A stretch of DNA of 64,000 bases from Bacteroidetes bacterium CG2_30_33_31 (GTDB lineage Bacteria; Bacteroidota; Bacteroidia; Bacteroidales; UBA1556): the NCBI GenBank assembly GCA_001872625.1, contig MNXP01000021.1, positions 2,052 through 66,051 on the forward strand, written 5' to 3'. The stretch's first letter is position 1; each line of letters begins with the position of its first letter. The position numbers were made by a program, and so were the translations under genes. Below are positions 21,505-32,167 of this stretch, piece after piece. The notes beneath the pieces were generated by a model that had not been told where the DNA came from, made no database searches, and was given only the letters and a program-made list of their open reading frames with translations.

Positions 21505-22992
21505 TTAAAAGTTGAACATTATAGGTGTTAAAAAATAAGTCCAAAGGCTTATTACAAAAATTACCACAATATTTAATATCAATCCGACTTTAGCCATTTC
21601 CGATATTTTTATCCTTTGGGAGCTGAAAACTATAGCATTTGGAGGTGTTGCCACTGGCATCATAAAAGCCATTGAGGCCCCAAGGGTTGCTGGAATCATT
21701 AAATAAAGAGGATTTATTTCGGTGGCAATTGCTAAGGCAGCCAAAATTGGTAATATGATAACTGTTGATGATGAGTTAGAGGTGATTTCGGTGAGGAAAA
21801 TCATAAGACTCGTAACTATAAAAATTAAAAGAAATAGCGAACTCCCTTTAAAGAAATGAAGAATTTCGCCGATAGATTCCGACAAGCCTGATGTTCTGAA
21901 ACCTTCTGCCAGAGCAAAGCCTCCACCGAAAAGAATTATTATTCCCCAAGGCAAGGCTATAGTATCTTTCCAGTTCATCAGAAATTCCCCTTTTTTGTTT
22001 TTTGATGGAATTAAGAATAGTATGGTTGCCATCATTATCCCTACTGTTCCATCATTTAGATATTTGGGATGTGAAAATAACTGCGACCAGCCTGGTATAT
22101 GAACTCTTCCTATTTCCAATGGCGAACGTGTGAGCCATAGAAATGCCACCATTATAAAAATAACAAGTACCGATTTTTCTTCGAAACTCATATTTCCAAG
22201 TTTCTTATAATCAGCATGAAAATCAATTTTTATCTTACTTTCCCATTCTATGCATTTATTTTTTATAAATAGAAAGTATAAAAGAAAATAAAGAATTATC
22301 ATTAAAATCAACGAAAGAGGGAAAGCATAAATAAACCAATTAGCAAAGTTAACTTCAATGCCTTGTGGAAAATTTATTTGGTAGATACGCAAAAAAATTG
22401 GGTTTGGCGGCGTCCCTATTAAAGTTGCAATTCCACCAATTGACGAACTGTAGGCTATAGATAAAAGTACGCCGATGCTAAAGTAGTAAGTATTTTTTTT
22501 GCCATAAAGTTCGTCTAATTGCGATAAAACAGAAAGCACTATTGGTAGCAACATCATTGTGGTGGCTGTATTGCTAATCCACATAGAAATAGAATAAGTT
22601 GTAAGCATGAATCCAAGAAGAATTCTGGCGGGACTTGTGCCAGTTAACATCAACAATGTTAGCGCAATACGTTTATGGAAATTCCATTTCTGCATAGCAA
22701 TAGCTATTAAGAAACCACCAATAAAAAGAAAAATAATGCCATTAAAGTATTGTGATGAAACTTCTTCTCCATCCATAATTCCTAATAGTGGAAATAGCAC
22801 AACTGGCAAAAGTGCAGTTACCGACAAATTAACTGTTTCTAAAATCCACCATGAAGCCATCAAAAGTGCGACGGCAAGCATATAAGTGGCCTCTTTGTGC
22901 TCGGGATTTATGTCTAAAAATAATATTATGAGTATTGAAATTATTGGCATCACTGCAAAAGCGATGATATTTTTTATATTTCTAATTACCAT
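21505..22992 (-). CDS. DASS/SLC13 sodium:dicarboxylate or sulfate symporter
   Basis: SMWISNTAT, IGTPPN, AFMMPVATPPNAIVF. Confidence 0.92.
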   Translation of the reverse strand: MVIRNIKNIIAFAVMPIISILIILFLDINPEHKEATYMLAVALLMASWWILETVNLSVTALLPVVLFPLLGIMDGEEVSSQYFNGIIFLFIGGFLIAIAMQKWNFHKRIALTLLMLTGTSPARILLGFMLTTYSISMWISNTATTMMLLPIVLSVLSQLDELYGKKNTYYFSIGVLLSIAYSSSIGGIATLIGTPPNPIFLRIYQINFPQGIEVNFANWFIYAFPLSLILMIILYFLLYFLFIKNKCIEWESKIKIDFHADYKKLGNMSFEEKSVLVIFIMVAFLWLTRSPLEIGRVHIPGWSQLFSHPKYLNDGTVGIMMATILFLIPSKNKKGEFLMNWKDTIALPWGIIILFGGGFALAEGFRTSGLSESIGEILHFFKGSSLFLLIFIVTSLMIFLTEITSNSSSTVIILPILAALAIATEINPLYLMIPATLGASMAFMMPVATPPNAIVFSSQRIKISEMAKVGLILNIVVIFVISLWTYFLTPIMFNF

Positions 22993-23170
22993 GGAGCATT
23001 TAATTTTGGTTTGTGTTTCTGATTTTCAAATTTATAAAAAATCTATATCCTAAATGATAATAAATTTTTTAACAAATCAAATTCTTTGTATTTATTCTAC
23101 CTTTGTACTTATTAATGAAAATGGACTTAAGAAATATTTGATTTTATATGTATTAATTTGTGAAAAATAA

Positions 23171-23647
23171 ATGGAAATATCATCATTAAAGGAAATCAAA
23201 ACTGAGCTAATTAGCTTTCCTAATGCAAAATTAGTTGACTTAATAATTCGCTTATCAAAATATAAAAAGGAAAATAAAGAGTTGCTTTCTTACTTGCTTT
23301 TTGATGCAATAGATGAGGAGCTATTTATTAAAAATGTTAAGTGCGAAATAGACTCTGAATTTAGTAATTTAAATCTGTCGAGTTGGTTTTTAGCTAAAAA
23401 GACTATAAGAAAAGTGTTACGCACAACCAATAAGTTTATTAGATATTCTAAACGTAAAAGTACAGAGGCTGAGCTTCTTATGTATTTTTGCCATAAAATG
23501 AAAGAACCTGAAATTATTTTGGGTATTGACATGACTATGAGGAACCTTTATTCGCGTCAAATAGATAGAATTAATAAGGCCATCTTGAGCCTTCATGAAG
23601 ATTTGCAGTTTGATTTTAGGCAGGAAATGGCAGAAATGAATTTATAA
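23171..23647 (+). CDS. Conserved hypothetical protein
   Basis: 158-aa ORF with KYKKENKELLSYLLF and LHEDLQFD motifs. Confidence 0.7.
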   Translation: MEISSLKEIKTELISFPNAKLVDLIIRLSKYKKENKELLSYLLFDAIDEELFIKNVKCEIDSEFSNLNLSSWFLAKKTIRKVLRTTNKFIRYSKRKSTEAELLMYFCHKMKEPEIILGIDMTMRNLYSRQIDRINKAILSLHEDLQFDFRQEMAEMNL

Positions 23648-23790
23648 AGTTTTTGAATTTGGAGAAGTTTTTGCCTCATAAAATAAATCAGATAATTGGA
23701 AATAGACTTTAACTGTGAGATTTGCGAAAAAGATATTTTCTTGTTTTTAAAGTTTTTAATATTACATACATAAGTAGATATTGATAAAAA

Positions 23791-23822
23791 TAATAATAGA
23801 CGACAATTGCCGTCTATTATTA
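23791..23822. terminator. Bidirectional terminator between convergent genes
   Basis: TAATAATAGACG-N8-CGTCTATTATTA inverted repeat. Confidence 0.7.
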
Positions 23823-23846
23823 TTAAATGAAAACACGAATAATTAT

Positions 23847-26630
23847 TTAATAGTGCCCGTTTAATAGGGAATAAATAATTAAAATAACTAATGCAATTCC
23901 AGTAAACAAGAAAATGTATCCAAATGTTCTAATTAGTTTCATCCAAGAAGCAGAAAATTCTTTCTTTACCGTAACTTTATCCAATTTTCCAGCTTTTTCT
24001 AATTCGTCATATTCTTTTGGGCGGTCTTTTTTATATTCTTCTATTGGCACATGTCCTGTAAAAATAACTGTATCCATTGGAAAAGACTCAGGGCGTAGAT
24101 GTGTGTTAAAGAAATGAATTGTAAAAATAAATCCAACGGCAAGCAAAGCTTCATCACTGTGAATTATTTGAGCCACATTTATTACCCAACCTGATAGAAA
24201 CTTGGTAAAAAATTCAGGCTGCCATAAGATTAATCCCGATAAACCAATAACTGCAACTCCCCAAAATACAGCCATGTAATCGAATTTTTCCCAATAAGTC
24301 CATCGCCCGTAATATGGTCGAGGGCCTTTCCCTAAAAACCATTTAACAGTTGCAACAAAGTCTTTAATATCTTGTTTATTAAACATTAATGAATTTTTAC
24401 CGAAGATAAATGCCATAGGTTTAATTTTTTCTTTAACCATTGTTTTGATAAGCGAAGCCACATGGAAAATAAAATATCCGAATGTTATAACGGCTGCAAA
24501 ACGATGGATATTACCAGCAATACTAACTCCTCCAACTATTTTTGCTAAATTATATGCCCATTCCATGTGAGCAAATTTTAACATCATACCAGTTAATGCC
24601 AAAAGTATAAAACTTAATATTACAAATATGTGAGTGATGCGTTGGCTCTTTTTAAATCTACGGAAATATATTGCTTCGCCTTTTGGCATTGGGTGTTTTT
24701 TCTTTTTTCGCGCTTCCATAATCGATCGTGGTATCCATAAAAGTGTATGTAAGCCAAAGAATCCAAATACACCAAGTAATAATGATGTCATTGCCCAAAA
24801 TGTATAATAAAGAACTTTGTTGTCATTGTGTGTAGCATGAGTCAAATATCCTGCAAATTCAACTGTTGCACCTTCATGGCATTTTTTACACGTCTTTACA
24901 ATATTTTTTTGCCCTACACTCGATTCAAGATTAGAAATCTTTAATATTTTATGAGCGCCATGACAATCGGAGCATCGGGCAGCTTTTAAATATCCTAAGG
25001 TATAAGCTTTTCCATGGTATGTTTCCATATAAGTCTCCGATAATTTTTTATGGCAGCTTCCACATTGAAGAGTGATTTGAGTAAGAAATTTATCTTTATC
25101 AATTTCTGTAATTGTATGTGCTGTATGACAATTTGCACAAGTTGGAAATATTTTACCTTTACTGTTATTTTTTATTGAATGATCGCTATTCATGTAATCA
25201 TCATAAATGCTTTTATGACATTTTGCACAGGTAGCAGGAACATTTTTTGGATTTACAGTTGAATTTTTATCCGATTCTTTTAATATGTTGTGTGATGTAT
25301 GGCAATCAGTACAAATAGCACTCGAAAGCAATCCTTTATCTTTTAAACCTTTGCCATGTACACTTGATTTGTAATCGCTAAAAGCATTTATTTCTTTTAA
25401 ATGTGTTTTAATTGTCGCTTTTCCGTTTTTTTGATGACATTTGCCGCACATATCAGGAATTAATGCTCTGTACGTTGGTGATGTGTCGTCATATCTTGTT
25501 TTAATTTTGTGTGTTCCATGGCAATCGGTACAATAAGGAGCATTAGATTTTTTTGCAAAATATGCCTTTCCATGATCGCTGTTAATATACACATTTGAAA
25601 CTTGTTCGTGACAATTTGAACAATCAACTTTTTTGACTGTTGCACATGGTCGTACTTTATTGTTTGATATGGTAACGTCGGAATGACATTTTGTACATCC
25701 AATACTTTTATGTACAGAATTTTGAATATCCGATTTGTCAATTTTTAAAGATATTTTTTTGCCCCCTTTGGTGGTTTTAAAGGTATTATTTCCTTCGTGA
25801 CATTTTAAACAAATTTGGTTCGAAACTGTTTCCTCAATTTTCGTAATTTTTACAATATGTGATGGATGGCAATCTGAACATGCTGGAACAGAGCCTGCCT
25901 TCTTTTCCCAAAGTTCTCGCTTAATTACTTTCGTGTGTACTTTCTCTATTCGTGCATGACATTTCATGCAAGTTTTTGCAATATTTTTGCTATTTATCGA
26001 GGAATTTGGACTTGAATGAGGTAATATTAAATGATTTTCGTGGCAATCGTTACATGTTGCTGTAACAATAAGTCCACTTTTATACAAGCCTTTACCATGA
26101 ATACTTTCACTATAATGTTTTAAAATATTACTTTGAGGAATGTTATATAATCTGGCAATTGGCGAACCTTCTTTATGGCATTTCCCGCATAATATCGGAA
26201 TATTCATTTTATAAGTTCGAGATAGTGGGTTTGTCCTGCTTAAAATATCATGATTACCATGGCACTCTTTACAGCTAGGTGCATAAGGTGCATTTAATTT
26301 CAAGGCCTGTCCGTGAATGCCTTTTAAAAATTGAAATTGTGAATTTTTATGGCAACTACCGCAATCTACAAGTTTTAAATTTTCGGGATGAGGAAATTCT
26401 TTTACTGCTGCATCTTTATGGCATGAGGTACAAAGTACTTTCTTATGTACCGACTGAGAAATCTTATTATTTACATATAATGAAACAACTTTACCATGAC
26501 TTGTTTTTGACAAGGTCTCATCACTATGGCACATAAAGCAGTCATCATTCGACTGCGAAAACAAGTTTGATGGGTGAAAGGGAAATCCTACTGCCAACAA
26601 AAATAAAAATATTCTAAACTTTTTTAACAT
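23847..26630 (-). CDS. 19-heme c-type cytochrome fused to a C-terminal cytochrome b domain (CbcL-like quinol oxidoreductase)
   Basis: Signal peptide, 19 CxxCH counted by eye, then TM domain with RITH, IHR, RWTYWEKFDYMAVFWG, IIHSDEA, IHFFNTH. Confidence 0.88.
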   Translation of the reverse strand: MLKKFRIFLFLLAVGFPFHPSNLFSQSNDDCFMCHSDETLSKTSHGKVVSLYVNNKISQSVHKKVLCTSCHKDAAVKEFPHPENLKLVDCGSCHKNSQFQFLKGIHGQALKLNAPYAPSCKECHGNHDILSRTNPLSRTYKMNIPILCGKCHKEGSPIARLYNIPQSNILKHYSESIHGKGLYKSGLIVTATCNDCHENHLILPHSSPNSSINSKNIAKTCMKCHARIEKVHTKVIKRELWEKKAGSVPACSDCHPSHIVKITKIEETVSNQICLKCHEGNNTFKTTKGGKKISLKIDKSDIQNSVHKSIGCTKCHSDVTISNNKVRPCATVKKVDCSNCHEQVSNVYINSDHGKAYFAKKSNAPYCTDCHGTHKIKTRYDDTSPTYRALIPDMCGKCHQKNGKATIKTHLKEINAFSDYKSSVHGKGLKDKGLLSSAICTDCHTSHNILKESDKNSTVNPKNVPATCAKCHKSIYDDYMNSDHSIKNNSKGKIFPTCANCHTAHTITEIDKDKFLTQITLQCGSCHKKLSETYMETYHGKAYTLGYLKAARCSDCHGAHKILKISNLESSVGQKNIVKTCKKCHEGATVEFAGYLTHATHNDNKVLYYTFWAMTSLLLGVFGFFGLHTLLWIPRSIMEARKKKKHPMPKGEAIYFRRFKKSQRITHIFVILSFILLALTGMMLKFAHMEWAYNLAKIVGGVSIAGNIHRFAAVITFGYFIFHVASLIKTMVKEKIKPMAFIFGKNSLMFNKQDIKDFVATVKWFLGKGPRPYYGRWTYWEKFDYMAVFWGVAVIGLSGLILWQPEFFTKFLSGWVINVAQIIHSDEALLAVGFIFTIHFFNTHLRPESFPMDTVIFTGHVPIEEYKKDRPKEYDELEKAGKLDKVTVKKEFSASWMKLIRTFGYIFLFTGIALVILIIYSLLNGHY

Positions 26631-27417
26631 AATTTTATTTTATTTTATATTTTTTTTATAATAACTGCAAAGCAAAAGCCAATTAAAGTTTCTAAAATAA
26701 AAATGATTTTGTAGTAATTTTATTAATATTTTTCAGATACAAAATAGTACCCTTTAAAATTTATGCTGAAAATAGAATTTTTATATAAAACCTGATTTTC
26801 AACTATTACTCAAAACCTAAATTTTTCCAGTAAAAGTTATTCGCAATTAACTAACAAATAATCAAAATGTTACATTCAAATAAATTTAGCCTTTTGGACT
26901 TATTAAGTTTTAATAAAAAGTTGACGAGCCCATTATTTTTGCTTGCTTTTAAAATTTCTACCGATATTATAAATTAATTAGTCCCCTCAATTGAATAGAT
27001 TCAAAAGCTGTTGTGTTAACCAAATTATTGAGTAAACTCATGACATTGTCAAATTTATTAGTTTTGCTGATATGCAGCCAATATTCAAAGAACTTAGTAC
27101 TTTTTATAGAAGTAATTTTTAAAATTTTAATTTGTTTTTACCTTTACCATTATGAAGTTTGATATCTAATAAATCATTTGATAGAACATTTTTCCTAAAT
27201 AGAAGCATATAAATTATAATATAATAATTCATTTCCGGCTAATTTTACAGTTGAAGACTATTCAAATTGAGCTTCATTATGCCACCAATTATTCCTAATT
27301 TTTTAATTTCATATTATTAAAATTTAATTATCTACTTATTTCTATTTTAATAGAGTTTCTTTGGTAGCTTTAAAATTCTGCACAAATTAATTTAGGAACA
27401 TGATCCTACAAGATAAA

Positions 27418-27448
27418 AGGATAGGGGTATATTATATACCCCTATCCT
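27418..27448 (-). terminator. Intrinsic terminator downstream of the EB_dh-like lipoprotein
   Basis: Perfect 14-bp stem AGGATAGGGGTATA-TTA-TATACCCCTATCCT. Confidence 0.8.
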
Positions 27449-27466
27449 AAAATGAAATTATTTTAT

Positions 27467-28690
27467 TTATTGAATAAATTTCATATAATAATTTGGTGAA
27501 ACTCTGTGTTCGTAACCATGACGCGAATTATCAAATTGTGCAACATTAAAAAGGTATTCTTTAAGGAAATCTGTGTAATTGATGTCATCATCATGTCCTG
27601 TATTCAGTTTTCTTCCAATTTCTGCTTTCCATGTACCATTACTCCAAGTAGCTCCGAAAGTAAGATCAGCTCTGCTGCCAGTTGGTACGACATGAATTCG
27701 CTCACAAACAATTGCGTTTAGTGCAGCATATTTAGGCCAGTATAAAGCTGCATCAGCATCGCTTACACCTGTTGTTGCATCTCCTACGCATTCACCACCA
27801 TCTATTTCAGCTTTTGTAATAAACATAGCATCAGCGAAATCAGTTGGATTTTTTTCCATCCATTTTGGACGAGATTTATCAGCAATACGGTTGTGTGAAG
27901 CTGCGGCGGTTCCAGCATCGCCATAACGACCACCATCTTCACCATTAGTTCCTGACCACGGGCCAACATAAGTATCGTCAACATATCCAACCATAGAAAA
28001 TGTGCCAGCAGTTACTTCATGAGACGCTGGATCAACTGTTAAACCTGAACCCGTAGCAGAAGTGACGGCACCTGCACGTGCAGCTTTACTATGCCATAAA
28101 TCGGCACGACCTGCTGATAACCAAGCATCATCAACTATAGCATCTCCGTTTGCATGTGGATGAGGATCTGATTCTTGTGGCCAATACATGTGGCATTTAG
28201 CCATACATCCTTTTGTATTATATGGATCGCCTGTAGTGGCACCCATTGGCCAATAGAAAGAAATTCGATCTTCTGACTGAACTGTGTTCGGTTTTGCCCA
28301 AGAACCAGAAGCAAAGGACCAGGATCCATTTCTAGTAAAACTTGCTGTTGGATCAGACCATTCTGATAAAATATAAATGTCTGTAGCTGTATAAACTGCT
28401 CTTAATTTAACAGTTATAGCGCTATTATAAGCATGGCATCCTGCGCAGTTATTAATTTTTGATGGGTCATTTGGTGGATTGCCTGTCTCACCTATTGCTA
28501 CTGTCAAGATTGGAGCATTCGCCCATATACCATCGACAACTCCATCCACAGTTGGTGCCGTAGATGCTTTAATAGCATTTAACTTGGTTAAATCGTATGA
28601 AGGTGGCGTCACAGGGGGGACGTCCTTTTTACAGCTTACTGTAAATGTTAAAATTGCTAATGCAATTAAAATAAAATTAAAATTTTTCAT
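27467..28690 (-). CDS. Lipoprotein with ethylbenzene-dehydrogenase-like (EB_dh/DOMON) heme domain plus CxxCH and CxxxCH motifs
   Basis: VSC lipobox, PTVDG..D..W, W.DPT, EDR, DLWH.KA.R, W..E..RKL.TG..DD, CAGCH and CMAKCH. Confidence 0.7.
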   Translation of the reverse strand: MKNFNFILIALAILTFTVSCKKDVPPVTPPSYDLTKLNAIKASTAPTVDGVVDGIWANAPILTVAIGETGNPPNDPSKINNCAGCHAYNSAITVKLRAVYTATDIYILSEWSDPTASFTRNGSWSFASGSWAKPNTVQSEDRISFYWPMGATTGDPYNTKGCMAKCHMYWPQESDPHPHANGDAIVDDAWLSAGRADLWHSKAARAGAVTSATGSGLTVDPASHEVTAGTFSMVGYVDDTYVGPWSGTNGEDGGRYGDAGTAAASHNRIADKSRPKWMEKNPTDFADAMFITKAEIDGGECVGDATTGVSDADAALYWPKYAALNAIVCERIHVVPTGSRADLTFGATWSNGTWKAEIGRKLNTGHDDDINYTDFLKEYLFNVAQFDNSRHGYEHRVSPNYYMKFIQ

Positions 28691-28850
28691 GTTAAAATAA
28701 AATTAATAGTTAAAAAAATTATAAAAAGATAAAATATATTTGATTTAGACTCTCTATATTTCTATGGAGGGTGAATTTCATTATTTTCATTTGTTTGTAA
28801 ATTTATTTTCATCAAATTTTCCTTTTAAAAGTATTTGTCGTTACCATGTT

Positions 28851-31800
28851 TTAAAATCTGTCTGAAAATACCTTAGACTTATAATATTTAATGCCTGCTG
28901 AAATTATCAGAATAAAGATAGAGATAACGATGATTTTTGAGTACAAGGGGATTGCAAAAGCTTCACCAGCGCCATAAGAATGCATTCCTGATAGGAAGTA
29001 ATTTACTCCGAAGAAAGTCATTAAAATACTTCCAAAGCCTAAAACAGCTCCTGTACTAACTACAAATGAGGATTTGAAGCCTGGAATATGTCTTAAATGA
29101 CCAATGAAAGTATAAACTAAAATGCTTACCAATGCCCATGTTTCTTTGGGATCCCAACCCCAATAACGACCCCAAGATTCATTGGCCCAAACAGCTCCCA
29201 AAAATGTTCCGATAGTTAAAAGGTATAAACCAATTATCTGCGCCATTTCAATAATTGAGGATAGCTCTTTTATTGTTGGGAGCAGCTTTTCTGTGTTTCT
29301 TTCGTTGGTGGAAAGTAATAATATATGAATTAGCAAGCCCATTAAAGCTATTAAAGCGAAAAAGCCATAGCTTGAAGTTATTACAGCTACATGTATAATT
29401 AGCCAATAACTTTTTAATACTGGCACCAAATTAGTAATTTCTGGATCCATCCAACTTAAACCAGATATCAATATTAGTATGGCTGCAAGAATTGCAGTAA
29501 GTGCCAAGCTGATTGTGGATCTTTTGGCGAATAAAATTCCAGCCAATACTGTTGCCCAAGCTATAAAAAGTGTTGTCTCATAGCCATTGCTCCATGGTGC
29601 ATGCCCTGAAATATACCATCTTAAACCTAAAATTGCTGTTTGGAGTATGAATAGTAGAACAATCAAACTCATTGCACTATTTATTATCCACTTTATTTTC
29701 AGCTTGTTATTAAAAAGTTTTACAAACAAAGAAATGAGAAGAACTAATCCAAATACAAGATATAGTTTTGAAGCGTATTTAAAGAAATTTACTTTGTTGT
29801 AAAATACCTCCGCATCAACTTTTGCTGCTGGTGGCAGCTTATTTCCGCCAAATTTTTTCTGATATGCGAAAATTTTATCTAATGCAATATCAGCATTTTT
29901 CCAGTCACCAGATTGTATAGCTGATTTCACACTGCCGTAATACTGGCCATATAAATCTATTATTAATGCTTTTTGTTCTTTGTTTCCATCCTGATTCATT
30001 TCTGTTGCTGCAATCCATTTTCCAGTGCTATCACCAGGTAAAGGGAAAAAATTAAATAAACTTCCAGTAGATAACATTAAACTCAAATTTACTTTTTCGT
30101 CAAGTTTTAGTATTTCTTTATCATATTTGGTTCTAAGGTCTGCTTCTTTTTGATATATCTGATCTACTTCAGTTTTAATTAAATAGAGATCATAACTGCC
30201 TGGGGGCAATATTTGATTTATAGAAACTCTGTCGGAATTAAAATTGTATTTCTTTATAATTTCACTATTGGAAATTTTGATAGTAGGAACGTTTTCCCAC
30301 AGTTCTTGATTCATCATCATTGATAGAAAAAGCTCTGTTGAGGTATAACCATCAATAGAATTTTCTCGCATTATCTTCCTGTTAATTTCTGAGGCAAAAG
30401 TACTTATTGGTTTTATCCTCCCTATCGGGTCAGCGATTAGCAAATGACCAAATCTTTCTGCATGTTTGTGGTTTATATTGTTTGCTGGTGGATTTTGTAT
30501 AGGACTATTTGGTTGAGCTTGGCTGCTAAAGGCGGTAAATGTGCCAAGTAAAAATATTACTGCTATTTTGCTGTTTCTGTGCAAAAGTTCTCTGAAATGA
30601 CTTTTTTTGGAAAATAAGGCTAAGAACATTCCAACGACCATTAAAGAATATCCTAAATAAGTTACAATGGTTCCTATTGGATCGTAATTAACCGATAGAA
30701 TTGTTCCGTTTTCATCTTCATCATAGGATGACTGAAAAAACCTGTATCCTTTGTAATTCAAGATGTTGTTCATAAAAATACTAAATTCTTTTATCTCCTT
30801 GCCAGATTCATCAACAAGAGTGATATTGCTTTTAAAAGATGATGGGCTCATGGAATTAACGTATCTTTCAATTATAAAATCATCGAGCTTTAATGCAAAA
30901 GGCAGCTTAATAATTTCTGATCCGTAGGATATTTTAAAAGAGGCATCCGAGAAATTAACTATTTCTTCATCACCAGCCAAATTTTCCGCACCGAAAACGT
31001 ATTGTTCCTTTTTTTCTTCTCCATAGGAAATATCTAATTTTAGTGCATTCAATGGGTAATTTCCCGAATGCTCAGTCATCGAAACAACTTTTATTATTGC
31101 CGATGGATAATAATTTTTAATGGCGAAGCTATTATATGCTACTTGGTATAAAATATTATTAAGTGTTTTATGAATTGAATCAGGTGCAAGTTTTTGATGT
31201 TCCATGTTAATCATATCCACCTGATAAATCATTTCTTTGCTTTTTAAATATAGGCTATCATCTTTTTCTATGAAAATAATATCGGCATTTGGATTATCAC
31301 TAAAGGAATATGTAATATTTCCAAAAACGTAATCCTCGCCTTTATTTAAAAAAATATTTTTAAATTGAAATGAAGAATCTGAAATAGAAAGTGCGATAGT
31401 TTTCTTGCCTTCGGGTGAATCTTGTGCCATTTTAGCTGCATTCAGAATAAAATCTGATTGTTTAATTTGCAAAGTTTTGCTGCCTATATTGGTCGAAAAT
31501 GCTTCCATGGCTTTTATTCCTAAGCTGCTTTTTATTGCTTGCGAATAAATAGTTGAATCTGATTTGTTAACTGTTAGAGAAGTTTTTGCCGTGGTAATAA
31601 TATTTGAAGATTCGCCTTCTCTTATGTGCATAAATCCCTCATAACTAAAATATCTGGTAATACCTGCGCCAATAATTATTACGACGAATGAAAGATGAAA
31701 TAATATCAACGACCATTTTTTGTTTGCTAATGATTTATACTTTACCAAACTACCTAATAAATTTGCGCAAAGTAGAAAAAGCAATATTTCGAACCAACGG

Positions 31801-31940
31801 GCATCGTACACTAAGTTTCGAGCAGCATCTACACCTGTATTGTTCTCTACAAATGTGGCATATCCGATGGCTATGGCAAAAATTATAAGCAATATTGCTG
31901 AAAATGCCATCGAAAAAAAAACTGAAAATAATTTCTTCAT
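28851..31940 (-). CDS. ccsA: Fused System II cytochrome c maturase CcsBA (ResB-ResC)
   Basis: FHLSF, YRFFQSSYD, WLIIHV, GAVWANESWGRYWGWDPKETW, GMHSY. Confidence 0.95.
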   Translation of the reverse strand: MKKLFSVFFSMAFSAILLIIFAIAIGYATFVENNTGVDAARNLVYDARWFEILLFLLCANLLGSLVKYKSLANKKWSLILFHLSFVVIIIGAGITRYFSYEGFMHIREGESSNIITTAKTSLTVNKSDSTIYSQAIKSSLGIKAMEAFSTNIGSKTLQIKQSDFILNAAKMAQDSPEGKKTIALSISDSSFQFKNIFLNKGEDYVFGNITYSFSDNPNADIIFIEKDDSLYLKSKEMIYQVDMINMEHQKLAPDSIHKTLNNILYQVAYNSFAIKNYYPSAIIKVVSMTEHSGNYPLNALKLDISYGEEKKEQYVFGAENLAGDEEIVNFSDASFKISYGSEIIKLPFALKLDDFIIERYVNSMSPSSFKSNITLVDESGKEIKEFSIFMNNILNYKGYRFFQSSYDEDENGTILSVNYDPIGTIVTYLGYSLMVVGMFLALFSKKSHFRELLHRNSKIAVIFLLGTFTAFSSQAQPNSPIQNPPANNINHKHAERFGHLLIADPIGRIKPISTFASEINRKIMRENSIDGYTSTELFLSMMMNQELWENVPTIKISNSEIIKKYNFNSDRVSINQILPPGSYDLYLIKTEVDQIYQKEADLRTKYDKEILKLDEKVNLSLMLSTGSLFNFFPLPGDSTGKWIAATEMNQDGNKEQKALIIDLYGQYYGSVKSAIQSGDWKNADIALDKIFAYQKKFGGNKLPPAAKVDAEVFYNKVNFFKYASKLYLVFGLVLLISLFVKLFNNKLKIKWIINSAMSLIVLLFILQTAILGLRWYISGHAPWSNGYETTLFIAWATVLAGILFAKRSTISLALTAILAAILILISGLSWMDPEITNLVPVLKSYWLIIHVAVITSSYGFFALIALMGLLIHILLLSTNERNTEKLLPTIKELSSIIEMAQIIGLYLLTIGTFLGAVWANESWGRYWGWDPKETWALVSILVYTFIGHLRHIPGFKSSFVVSTGAVLGFGSILMTFFGVNYFLSGMHSYGAGEAFAIPLYSKIIVISIFILIISAGIKYYKSKVFSDRF

Positions 31941-32167
31941 AAGTTAAGGGGTTAATTTGAAGTTATCAAAATAGATATTTCTTGACGTTATTAAATAAAA
32001 TTAAAAAATTATAAGCATTATTAAGTTTTTACTTTTTAAATTAGAGCCTAAGTCAAAACATGAATAAGACTATAAGACATTTAGCAGCTATTAGCTACAA
32101 CTTTTATATTGTTTTCAGTATCATGTATTTATTATTCTTATAGATTTAGATTCTATTTTCAAATAAT

